Source: Elusimicrobia bacterium GWA2_66_18 (GTDB taxonomy: Bacteria; Elusimicrobiota; Elusimicrobia; UBA1565; UBA9628). From it: a stretch of 64,000 nucleotides of DNA. The translations under genes and the position numbers were made by a program. The stretch spans positions 1,602 through 65,601 of the forward strand of contig MGTX01000001.1 in the NCBI GenBank assembly GCA_001799675.1, given 5' to 3'. Every line of letters starts with the position of its first letter. Position 1 is the first letter of the stretch. Shown piece after piece: positions 27,854 through 37,890 of the stretch. The notes under the pieces were generated by a model, which saw only the letters and a list, made by a program, of their open reading frames with translations, made no database searches and was not told the DNA's origin.

Positions 27854-29037
27854 CCTATCTCGACCACAACGCAACCACCCCGATCCGCCCCGAGGTCGTG
27901 GACGCGATGCTCCCCTGGCTGCGCGACGGCTACGGCAACCCGAGTTCCGTCTACGCCCTGGGCCAGAGCGCCCGCGCCGCCGTCGAGAACGCGCGCGAGC
28001 GAGTCGCCGCGCTTGTCGGCGCGCGGGACTCCTCCGAGATCGTCTTCACCTCCGGCGGCTCCGAGTCCGACGTGCTCGCCATCGCGGGCGGCGCCTGGCA
28101 GGCTCATGACGAGTCGAAGGGCAAGCGCCGCAAGGTCGTGACGAGCTGCATCGAGCACGACGCGGTCCGCCTGCTGTCCTCCCAGCTCCGGCGCCGCGGC
28201 TTCGAGGTGGCGCAGGCGGGCTGCGGCTCGGACGGCGTCGTCCTCGCCTCCGAGTTGGCGGGCAGAGTCGACGACGCCGCCGCCGTCGTCAGCCTCATGC
28301 ACGCCAACAACGAGACCGGCGTCCTCCAGCCCGTGACGCAGGCTGCGGCCGCCGCGCGCGCGCGCGGAGCGCTCAGCCACACCGACGCCGTCCAGTCCCT
28401 CGGTAAGCTCGCCGTCGACGTCAAGGCCCTGGGCGTGGACCTCCTCTCCCTCTCCGGACACAAGATCAACGCCCCCAAGGGAGTGGGCGCGCTCTTCGTC
28501 CGCCGCGGCGTGCGCCTCTCGCCGATTGTGACCGGTCACCAGGAGAAGAACCGCCGCGGCGGCACCGAGAACGTGGCCTCCATCGTGGCCCTCGGCCTGG
28601 CCTGCGAATTGGCCGCGCGGGAACTCTCCGAGGCCTCGGCCCGCGCGCTGGCCCTGCGCAAGCGCCTGGAAGCGGGGGTCCTTCTCATCCGAGGATCCCG
28701 GCTCAACGGGCACCCCGAGAATCGTCTTCCCACCACCGCGCACTTCAGCTTCGAGGGGATCGACGGCCACCACCTCGTGGTGGCCCTGGACCTGGAGGGC
28801 GTCTGCATCTCGAGCGGTCCCGCCTGTTCCTCGGGGGCTTCGACCCCCTCGCACGTCCTCGCCGCCATGGGCGTGGGCCCGAAACTGGCCGTCGGTTCCA
28901 TCCGCGTCTCGGTCGGCTGGGGCACGAGCGATGCCGACGTCGACCGCTTTCTCGCGACGCTGCCCAGCGCCGTCGAGCGCCTGAGAGAGATCGAGGGCGT
29001 TGCGCAGGGAAGTCACGCGGCGAGGAGAGCCGCGTGA
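27850..29037 (+). CDS. iscS: Cysteine desulfurase (IscS/NifS family)
   Basis: YLDHNATTP, GNPSS, FTSGGSE, HANNETG, SGHKI, SSGPACSS. Confidence 0.92.
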   Translation: MTYLDHNATTPIRPEVVDAMLPWLRDGYGNPSSVYALGQSARAAVENARERVAALVGARDSSEIVFTSGGSESDVLAIAGGAWQAHDESKGKRRKVVTSCIEHDAVRLLSSQLRRRGFEVAQAGCGSDGVVLASELAGRVDDAAAVVSLMHANNETGVLQPVTQAAAAARARGALSHTDAVQSLGKLAVDVKALGVDLLSLSGHKINAPKGVGALFVRRGVRLSPIVTGHQEKNRRGGTENVASIVALGLACELAARELSEASARALALRKRLEAGVLLIRGSRLNGHPENRLPTTAHFSFEGIDGHHLVVALDLEGVCISSGPACSSGASTPSHVLAAMGVGPKLAVGSIRVSVGWGTSDADVDRFLATLPSAVERLREIEGVAQGSHAARRAA

Positions 29038-30101
29038 CCCGGGTCCTGGCGGCGATGAGCGGCGGCGTGGACAGTTCCGTGGCCGCCGCCCTCCTCGTCG
29101 CGCGCGGCCATGAGGTCGTGGGAGTGACGATGAAGCTCCTGCCGCGCGCCGAGACGGGCTTCGGCTGTTGCGGTTCTCCCGCCGATGTGGAGGACGCCAA
29201 GCGCGTCTGCGACCGCCTCGGCATCTCCCATTACACGGCCGACATGTCCGAACTCTTCGAGTCCAAGGTCATCCGGCCCTTCGTGGAGGCATGGCTGTCC
29301 GCGCGCACGCCGAACCCCTGCGTCGAGTGCAACCGCTCGATCAAGTTCGGCCGCCTCCTGGGGCTCGCCGAGGCCTGGGGCTGCGACACGGTCGCCACCG
29401 GCCACTACGCGCGCGTGGAAGATGGACGCCTGCTCAAGGCCGCGGATCGAGACAAAGACCAGACCTATTTCCTGTACTCCCTGACCGCGCGGGAACTCCC
29501 GCGCGTCGACTTCCCCATCGGCGCCCTGTCCAAGTTCGAGGTCCGCGAGAAGGCGCGCGCTCTGGGACTGCGCGTGGCGGACAAGGCCGAGAGCCAGGAG
29601 ACCTGCTTCGTGCCCGCCCGCGACGTGCGCGGCTTCGTGGCCTCCCGCCCCGAGTCCGCAGGGGCGGCGGCTCTGCGCCCGGGAGAGATCCGCGATACCT
29701 CCGGCCGCGTGCGGGGCAGGCACTCCGGCCTGGCATCCTATACCGTCGGTCAGCGCAAGGGGCTGAGGCTCTCATCCTCCGAGCCTCTCTATGTCGTGCG
29801 CCTGGAGGCCGGGGAGAACGCACTGGTCGTCGGGGCGCAAGACGAGATATTCTCGGCCGGATTCGTCGCCGACGCCGTCACCTGGACCGGCGTTGCGCCC
29901 GAGGCAACGCGCCGAGCCGAGGTCCGCGTGCGTCACCGGCATCCGCCGGCTCCGGCGGAGCTGATTCCGCGCGCGGATGGAGCCGTCTCGGTCTTCTTCG
30001 ATTCTCCCCAGCGCGCTCCCGCGCCCGGGCAGGCGGCGGTGTTCTATGACGGCGACGAGGTGCTGGGCGGCGGGACCATCATCAACGGAGGTGCGTCATG
30101 A
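29034..30101 (+). CDS. mnmA: tRNA 2-thiouridine(34) synthase
   Basis: AMSGGVDSS, TPNPCVECN, ATGHYA, KDQTYFL, ESQETCF, TVGQRKG, PGQAAVFY. Confidence 0.95.
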   Translation: MTRVLAAMSGGVDSSVAAALLVARGHEVVGVTMKLLPRAETGFGCCGSPADVEDAKRVCDRLGISHYTADMSELFESKVIRPFVEAWLSARTPNPCVECNRSIKFGRLLGLAEAWGCDTVATGHYARVEDGRLLKAADRDKDQTYFLYSLTARELPRVDFPIGALSKFEVREKARALGLRVADKAESQETCFVPARDVRGFVASRPESAGAAALRPGEIRDTSGRVRGRHSGLASYTVGQRKGLRLSSSEPLYVVRLEAGENALVVGAQDEIFSAGFVADAVTWTGVAPEATRRAEVRVRHRHPPAPAELIPRADGAVSVFFDSPQRAPAPGQAAVFYDGDEVLGGGTIINGGAS

Positions 30102-30559
30102 GAAGGATCCGGGCACTGGCCATTTTAGCGGCGTCGATCTCCGGCTGCGCGGGCCTTTTTGCCAAGGACGAGGCCGCAGCCGATTTCGACAAGGAGACGA
30201 ACGCCGTCGAGGCTCGCATCAAGGAGGACCGGGTGCGCTCCGCCCTCGGCCGTTTTGAGGAGTCCATCGCCGACTTCTACAAGACCGAGAAGCGCATTCC
30301 CGAGAGGCTCGACCAACTGGTGCCTAAATATCTCGCCGAGGTTCCGTCCTTGGACCTTCCGGTCTGCGGGAGGGAGACGGAGAAGGTCCAGATCTACCCG
30401 GCGGATATCCTCCGCGGCGGCCAGGTGGACGGCTCCATGCTTAAGGGCACCGGCCGCTGGGGTTACGTCTACAATGATCACCAGGTCATCGTCTTCGTGG
30501 ATTGCCTGAAGGACTCCTCGCACGGCATCCCCTGGTATCAGGAGCGGGGCGTCTTCTAG
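30098..30559 (+). CDS. Hypothetical lipoprotein
   Basis: Lipobox ISG-C; overlaps the mnmA stop (ATGA). Confidence 0.75.
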   Translation: MRRIRALAILAASISGCAGLFAKDEAAADFDKETNAVEARIKEDRVRSALGRFEESIADFYKTEKRIPERLDQLVPKYLAEVPSLDLPVCGRETEKVQIYPADILRGGQVDGSMLKGTGRWGYVYNDHQVIVFVDCLKDSSHGIPWYQERGVF

Positions 30560-30570
30560 CCGTCCGGCGC

Positions 30571-31233
30571 CTACTTCGGCGGATGGCTGGTAAACCAGTC
30601 CGCGGCCAAGAGCGCCACCGTCTCGAGCGCGCCGGGCTCTTGGAAGAGATGCGTCGCTCCGGGGACGATCGCGAGTCGGTGCTCCGCGTTCAGGGCGCGG
30701 GCGGCCTCCTCGTTCATGGCGATGACCGGGGTGTCATTTCCCCCGACGATCAGCAGCGTCGGGGCCTTCACCCGGGGCAGCGCCTCCAGAGCCAGGTCGG
30801 GGCGGCCTCCGCGCGAGACCACGGCGAAGATCTCGTTTGGACGCGAGGCCGCGGCCGTCAAGGCCGCCGCCGCCCCCGTGCTGGCGCCGAAATAACCGAG
30901 GGCCAGAGGGCGGGTCTTCTCCCGGCTTTTCAGCCAATCCGAGACTCCCTCGAGGCGCCGCGCCAGGAACGGGATGTCGAAGCGCAGAGCGGCCGTCGCC
31001 GAGTCCGACGCCTCCTCCTCCGGCGTGAGGAGGTCGATGAGCAGGGTGGCCAGCCCCGCCTGATCCAGGGCTTCGGCCACGAAGCGGTTTCGCGGGCTCA
31101 GGCGGCTGCTGCCGCTGCCATGCGCGAAGAGCACAAGCGCCCCCGCTTGCGGCGGCAGGCGCATGTCTCCCGTCAGGTCTGCGCCCCCCGTCAGGATCGT
31201 CACGCGCATCGGTGGCGTCTTCACTCCGGTCAT
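30571..31233 (-). CDS. Dienelactone-hydrolase-like alpha/beta hydrolase
   Basis: FAHGSGSSRLSPRN, GYFGASTG, VSRGGRPDLA, GATHLF. Confidence 0.88.
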   Translation of the reverse strand: MTGVKTPPMRVTILTGGADLTGDMRLPPQAGALVLFAHGSGSSRLSPRNRFVAEALDQAGLATLLIDLLTPEEEASDSATAALRFDIPFLARRLEGVSDWLKSREKTRPLALGYFGASTGAAAALTAAASRPNEIFAVVSRGGRPDLALEALPRVKAPTLLIVGGNDTPVIAMNEEAARALNAEHRLAIVPGATHLFQEPGALETVALLAADWFTSHPPK

Positions 31234-31292
31234 GAGTTCAGGGCTCCCTGGTAGGCTTTGTCGCAACGGAAATACCCCGGAAGGGAAGGGCC

Positions 31293-32645
31293 TTAGTCGG
31301 TCGCGTAGTGCCTGCGAAAGGCGGCTTCGTCGGTTTCGGGGCAGGACCCGGCGGCGCGGCGGGCCAGGTGGGAGGCGAAGGCCGCTCCCAAGTGGGCCAG
31401 GGCGTGGAGCCGGCGCAGGCGGGGGCGGGCGCGCAGGAAGCGCTTCAAGGCCGGCGCGGGCTGGGGCCAGGGGGGGATCGCCGCGACCGGACGGCCGTCG
31501 AGCGTCGTCAGTTGCGTCGTCCCGTGCGCGGCCGCACCGAGCTTGCGGCAGGCCGCGTCGGTCGCGGCCTCCGCCATCAGCCGGTAGTCGGACATCTTGC
31601 CGCCGCCGATGGTGAGCAGTCCGGGGATGCCGTCGCGGAGTTCGTGGTCGAAGACCTCGAAATCGCGCGAGAGGAGATTCTCGGCGCCGGGCTGACCCAG
31701 GATGGGGCGAGAGCCCACGATGGTAGCGTCATGATGCCGCGGCCAGCGCGGGAAGTAGCGCCGGACCGAGCGCGTCAGGTAAGCGATCTCGTCGTCGGTG
31801 GTGCGCGCCTCGTCCGGGTCGTCCGGTCCGGGCAGGTCGGTCGGGCCCACCCAGGTTCCGAGCGGGGAGGGCACGACGAAGATGCAGCGGGAGCGGTCCT
31901 CGGCTTCCAGGAGCAGGCCGACCGGGCTCAAAGCCTGGTCGCGGTAAACGAGGTGGGTCCCCTTCATGAGGCGCAGAGGCAGGCTGGCTCCGGCCAGGCG
32001 CGCGACCTTGTCCACCCAGGGCCCGGCCGCGTTGACTGTGACCCGGCCGCGCAGGTTCCGGCCTCCGGCGCGCACGCCGATGACGCGCGCGCCCGCGCGC
32101 AGGACGGCCTCGGCGGGCGCGCCCAGCAGGATCTGGGCGCCGGCGGCCTTCGCCGACTCCAGGGTGCGCCGGGCCAGGTCTTCGGCGTCCACCCACCACT
32201 CATCGAAAGAGAGGGCGCCGATCAATCCCTCGGTCTTGATCCCGGGCACGAGCCGCGCGCAGGTCTCGGCGGATAGACGCAGATGCCGCCTCCCGTGCTT
32301 CATCGGTTGGAAACGGTCGTATTCCTCGAGGAGAGTCTCCACGGTCTCGAGCCCTCGCGCGTGGTCGCGGTACACGGGCCAGACGATGGGCAGACGCGTC
32401 AGAAGGTCGCCGGCCGTGCGCACGATATGCCCGCAATCCCAGCAAGTTTCGTGCGTGGTCAAACGGTCGTAGAGAAGGTAGCGCATGCCGCCGTGGATGA
32501 GGTGGGTGGAGGCGGCGGTGGTCCCGCAGCCGGGAGCGCCGCGCTCGACGAGGGCGACGGTGAGTCCGCGCAGGGCGGCGTCGCGCGCCACGCCCGCGCC
32601 CGTCACGCCGCCGCCGACGACGATGACGTCGAAGGGCGCGCTCAT
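31293..32645 (-). CDS. FAD-dependent glycerol-3-phosphate dehydrogenase/oxidase family protein
   Basis: VVGGGVTGAGVARDAALRG, STHLIHGGMRYL, NAAGPW, KGTHL, GGK. Confidence 0.85.
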   Translation of the reverse strand: MSAPFDVIVVGGGVTGAGVARDAALRGLTVALVERGAPGCGTTAASTHLIHGGMRYLLYDRLTTHETCWDCGHIVRTAGDLLTRLPIVWPVYRDHARGLETVETLLEEYDRFQPMKHGRRHLRLSAETCARLVPGIKTEGLIGALSFDEWWVDAEDLARRTLESAKAAGAQILLGAPAEAVLRAGARVIGVRAGGRNLRGRVTVNAAGPWVDKVARLAGASLPLRLMKGTHLVYRDQALSPVGLLLEAEDRSRCIFVVPSPLGTWVGPTDLPGPDDPDEARTTDDEIAYLTRSVRRYFPRWPRHHDATIVGSRPILGQPGAENLLSRDFEVFDHELRDGIPGLLTIGGGKMSDYRLMAEAATDAACRKLGAAAHGTTQLTTLDGRPVAAIPPWPQPAPALKRFLRARPRLRRLHALAHLGAAFASHLARRAAGSCPETDEAAFRRHYATD

Positions 32646-32716
32646 CAGCGACAGTGTAGGCTTCCCATCGCGCCCCGTCAAGGAGCGTCCGGACAGGGAA
32701 ATGATAGAATCCGCCG

Positions 32717-34975
32717 ATGTCTCGGCCGCGGCTCTATTTCCTGGCGTTGCTCGCATCCGTCTTGACGTTCGCCGGGTCCTGGTCCTTGAGGAAGCTTCTC
32801 GATGGCCTGCCGCCCATCCAGGCGCTGGAGGAGTACAGCCCGTCGCTGACCACCCGGGTCTATGACATGAAGGGCGGAGTGATCGCCGAGTTCTCCATCG
32901 AGAAGCGCGCGCTCCTGCCTCTCTCGAAGATCCCCGTCGATCTCCAGAACGCCGTCATCGCGGTCGAGGACGACAACTTCTTCAAGCACTGGGGCATCTC
33001 GCCTAAGGGCATGGTGCGCTCGGCGGTGCGCAATTTCGTGGCCCGGCGCGTGGTCCAGGGCGCTTCAACCATCACCCAGCAGTTGGCCAAGCAGATATTC
33101 CTCAAGCCCGAGCGCAAGGTTTCCCGCAAGATCCGCGAGGTCCTGCTGGCGTTCGAGATCGAGGTGAACTTCTCCAAGACCGAGATCCTACAGCTCTACC
33201 TCAACCAGGTCTATTTCGGCGAAGGGGCCTACGGCGTCCAGGCCGCGGCGCGCAACTATTTCGGAAAGGAAGTCTCGGAGATGACGCTGGCCGACTGCGC
33301 GCTCCTGGCCGGTCTCGTGCGCGCGCCCCGCGCCAACTCGCCCTTCTTCCGCTCCGAGAACGCGCGCAAGCGCCGCGCCGTCGTCCTCCAGCGCATGCTG
33401 GACGAGGGTCTGATCACTGCCGCGGAGCGCGACGCGGCCAACGCCCAGCCCGTCCCGGTCTCCAAGCCCCTGGGTTTCGACACCCAGGCGCCTTACTTCG
33501 TGGAGCACATCCGCCGGCGCCTCGAGCAGAAGTACGGCACGGCCGCAGTCTGGCGCGGGGGCCTCAAAATCTACACCACCCTGGACCTGGAGGCGCAGAA
33601 GAAGGCCGAAGAGGTGATGCAGAAGGCGCTGGAGGAGTTCGACGTCAAAGCGCAAGCCGAGCATGAGAAGAAGATCCAGGAGCTCCAGGCCGGCGGCGAG
33701 CCCCTGCCGCCCGAGGTCTCCACGGCGCCGCTCTCCAATATCCAGGGCGCTTTCACCCTCATGGACGTCAAGAGCGGGGCCGTCCGCGCCATGATCGGCG
33801 GCCGCGACTCGCACTTCAACCGCGTGACCCAGGCTAAGCGCCAGCCCGGCTCCACCTTCAAACCCTTCGTCTGGGCCGCGGCGCTCAACTCCGGCATGAC
33901 CGCGGCGAGCCTGGTCGATGACGCGCCTCTGGCGTTCTATTTCGACGGCCGGGACTGGCGCCTCCTGGAAGGGGCGACAGACCAGTATTCCATCAACCTG
34001 GCCACCCAGCCCTTCGCCGCCTCGCCCGACTTCAAGATATGGGTCCCGAACAATTTCGACGGCAAGTTCCTGGGCCGCATCACCCTGCGCATGGCCCTGG
34101 CCCACTCGCGGAACATCTCCTCGATCAACCTCATCACCCAGGTCGGCCCCCCGATGGTCGTCGAGATCGCCCATCGCGCCGGCATTCGTTCGGACTTGGA
34201 GCCCGCGCCCGCCCTGGGCCTGGGCGCTTCCGTCGTCACGCCTCTCGAGATGACCAACGCCTTCGCCGCCTTCGCCAACGGCGGCATCGCGGTCACGCCC
34301 TACACCGTCGAGCGCGTCGAGGACTCCAGCGGCCGCGTGCTGGAGGGTCACCTGCCCTCCGACCGCGAGGCTATGTCGCCCCAGTTGGCCTACCTTACCG
34401 TCAACATGATGAAGGCCGTCGTGCAGAACGGCACGGGCACGTACGCCCGCAAGCTCAACCGCCCTCTCGCGGGCAAGACCGGCACCTCCAACGACAACCG
34501 CGACCTGTGGTTTATCGGCGTCACTCCGGATCTGGCGGCGGGCGCTTGGATGGGCTATGACGATTTCTCGTCGCTGGGCCGAAAGGACTGGACGGGAGGC
34601 TCGACCGTCCTGCCGTGGTGGACCGCCGTCATGGAGGATGTTCTCAAAGACGCGCCCAAGAGGGATTTCCCGGCGCCTCCCGGGATCGTCTTCGCGGCCA
34701 TCGACTCCGAGACGGGGCTCCTCTTCGGCCCGAACTGCCAAAAAAAGAACAAGCTCCTCGAGGCTTTCGCGGCCGGGACCGAGCCTAAACGCTATTGCGA
34801 CATCGACCATGCGCAGCCGGTCTCCCAACAGATGGAATCGGAGCCCGCGGCCGGCGCGACCGGCTCCGTATTGCCGTCGGCGGCCGGTGAGACGCCGCCG
34901 CCTCTTCCCAGCGAGGATGAGATCGAGGGCAAGCCGGCCCCCGCTGAGAGCGAGGAGTCGGCGGGACTCGAATGA
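32717..34975 (+). CDS. Penicillin-binding protein 1A (transglycosylase/transpeptidase)
   Basis: EDDNF, GASTITQQLAK, RKIRE, YLN; SxxK (GSTFK), SRN, KTG. Confidence 0.93.
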   Translation: MSRPRLYFLALLASVLTFAGSWSLRKLLDGLPPIQALEEYSPSLTTRVYDMKGGVIAEFSIEKRALLPLSKIPVDLQNAVIAVEDDNFFKHWGISPKGMVRSAVRNFVARRVVQGASTITQQLAKQIFLKPERKVSRKIREVLLAFEIEVNFSKTEILQLYLNQVYFGEGAYGVQAAARNYFGKEVSEMTLADCALLAGLVRAPRANSPFFRSENARKRRAVVLQRMLDEGLITAAERDAANAQPVPVSKPLGFDTQAPYFVEHIRRRLEQKYGTAAVWRGGLKIYTTLDLEAQKKAEEVMQKALEEFDVKAQAEHEKKIQELQAGGEPLPPEVSTAPLSNIQGAFTLMDVKSGAVRAMIGGRDSHFNRVTQAKRQPGSTFKPFVWAAALNSGMTAASLVDDAPLAFYFDGRDWRLLEGATDQYSINLATQPFAASPDFKIWVPNNFDGKFLGRITLRMALAHSRNISSINLITQVGPPMVVEIAHRAGIRSDLEPAPALGLGASVVTPLEMTNAFAAFANGGIAVTPYTVERVEDSSGRVLEGHLPSDREAMSPQLAYLTVNMMKAVVQNGTGTYARKLNRPLAGKTGTSNDNRDLWFIGVTPDLAAGAWMGYDDFSSLGRKDWTGGSTVLPWWTAVMEDVLKDAPKRDFPAPPGIVFAAIDSETGLLFGPNCQKKNKLLEAFAAGTEPKRYCDIDHAQPVSQQMESEPAAGATGSVLPSAAGETPPPLPSEDEIEGKPAPAESEESAGLE

Positions 34976-35882
34976 ACTTCCGGCGATCCGGCGACGAGGA
35001 TGAGGGCGGTCTGAGCCTGCGCGGGGGACTTCTCGTCGGGGCGGCGGCGGTGGCCATGATCGGGGCATGGATATGGCTGGCTCACCCCGGCGATGAGACG
35101 ATCTCCTCCCAGGGCTTCAACATGGGCATCGGCGGCCCCGCCCCGGCGCGGCCGCGGGACCTTCCCGCCGGCGCCGCGCCGGCTTTGACCCCGCGCGAGT
35201 CGGGAGACGTTTTGGCTATGATCCGCCGGGAGCCCTTGCCCGGCAACATCGAGCATTCCCCGTCCGGGCCCTCAGTCGATCCGGGATTCCTGACCAAGAC
35301 GACTCCCCCTGCCGCGGCCGGAGCGGCCACGCCCCCCTCCGCGCCCCGCTCCGCTCCGCCGGAGGCGGATAGGCACGCGCTGGCGGCGGCGGGGATTCCT
35401 ACCGATGCCAAGGGCCTGTCAAATCTCGGCGCCCAGAAGGGTCTGCTCTCGGCCGTGACCGCGAAGCTCCTCGATCACCCCGCGATCCTCAAGGCCGTCT
35501 TCAACAATAAGCTCGTCGTGGACGCCTTCATGAGCCGCGACGTCTCGCTCCGGAACTGCTCGGATTCCGGCGCGCTCAAGAGCTATCTTTCCGACCCCAA
35601 CTCCGCCGGCATGACTAAGGTCTTCCCGGTCCTCCAGGCGGCGCTCTCGAACCCGGCCTCGGCTGCGGCCTTGGCGGGAACGGAGATGGCCAAACGGGTG
35701 ACCGAGTGTCCGTCCGTGCGGGCTATGGCCAAGGATCCTTCGGCCTTCATGGCCGTGGCCGTTTCCAATCCGAAGGCGCTCCAACTACTCGCCGATCCGC
35801 GCCTGGCCCAGTCCTTGGCGGCTCATTCTGAGGCCTCGTCTTTGCTGAGCGGGGTGACCGCGTCGATGGGCGGGGCCGCCCC

Positions 35883-35892
<10 letters not shown>
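34972..35892 (+). CDS. Hypothetical single-pass membrane protein
   Basis: N-terminal TM, Pro-rich linker, helical C-terminus; ATGA overlap with PBP1A. Confidence 0.7.
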
Positions 35893-36947
<1,055 letters not shown>

Positions 36948-36984
36948 ATCTGGATTATCCAATTTAAATGGATAGAATAGACAC

Positions 36985-37890
36985 GTGGCGGTCATGAAGA
37001 TGGGCACGCGCGGTTCGCCTCTGGCCTTGGCGCAATCCGGCCAGGCGGCCCGCCGGCTCGAGGCGCTCAACCGCGGGCTCGTCATCGAGACCGTCGTCGT
37101 CAAGACGAGCGGCGATCTCTTCGGCGCGCCCCCGCCGGAGCAGGCGAAGAACCTTCCCCAGGGCGCCAAGGGCCTCTGGGTCAAGGAGATCGAGGAGGCC
37201 CTTCTCGACGGGAGCATCGACTTCGCGGCTCACAGCGCCAAGGACCTGCCCGCCCTCTTGGCTCCCGGGCTGTCCGTGGCGGCCTACCCCGAGCGCGAGG
37301 ACCCGCGCGACGCGCTGGTTGCCCGGGAGGGACTGGCCTGGGCGGTCCTGAAGGCGGGCATGAAGGTCGCGACCTCGTCGCTGCGTCGCCGGCTCATGCT
37401 CTCCGCCGCCGTGCCGGGCGTCCAACTCCAAGCCCTGCGAGGCAACGTGGACACGCGCCTGCGCAAGCTGCGCGAGGGCGAGTTCGACGCCATGGTCATC
37501 GCCGTCGCGGGCCTCAAGCGCCTCGGCCGCGGCGAGGTTCGCCACGAGCCCCTCGACCCCTCCGTGATGCTTCCCTCTCCCGCGCAGGGCTCGCTCGCCC
37601 TGGAGGTTCGTTCCGACCGCACGGACGTAGCCCGAATCGTCGGCGCCCTCGACCACCCGGCCACCCGGCTCTGCGTCGAGTTCGAGCGCGGCTTTTTGGG
37701 CGCGGTGGGCGGCGGCTGCGGCTCGCCGGTCGGCGCCTTCGCCCTCCCGCGGGGCGGCGGCGTGTTCCTCGAATGTTTCTTCGCCCGAGAGGGCGAGACG
37801 GCGGGCCGGCGCGTTCGCGGCCTCTGCGCGGATCCCGCCCGCCGCGAAGCCTTCGTCGCCGAGTTGGCCGCCCAAGCCCGCAAGGCATGA
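36985..37890 (+). CDS. hemC: Hydroxymethylbilane synthase
   Basis: GTRGSPLALAQ, KGLWVKEIE, HSAKD, TSSLRR, RGNVDTRL, GGGCGSP. Confidence 0.93.
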   Translation: MAVMKMGTRGSPLALAQSGQAARRLEALNRGLVIETVVVKTSGDLFGAPPPEQAKNLPQGAKGLWVKEIEEALLDGSIDFAAHSAKDLPALLAPGLSVAAYPEREDPRDALVAREGLAWAVLKAGMKVATSSLRRRLMLSAAVPGVQLQALRGNVDTRLRKLREGEFDAMVIAVAGLKRLGRGEVRHEPLDPSVMLPSPAQGSLALEVRSDRTDVARIVGALDHPATRLCVEFERGFLGAVGGGCGSPVGAFALPRGGGVFLECFFAREGETAGRRVRGLCADPARREAFVAELAAQARKA

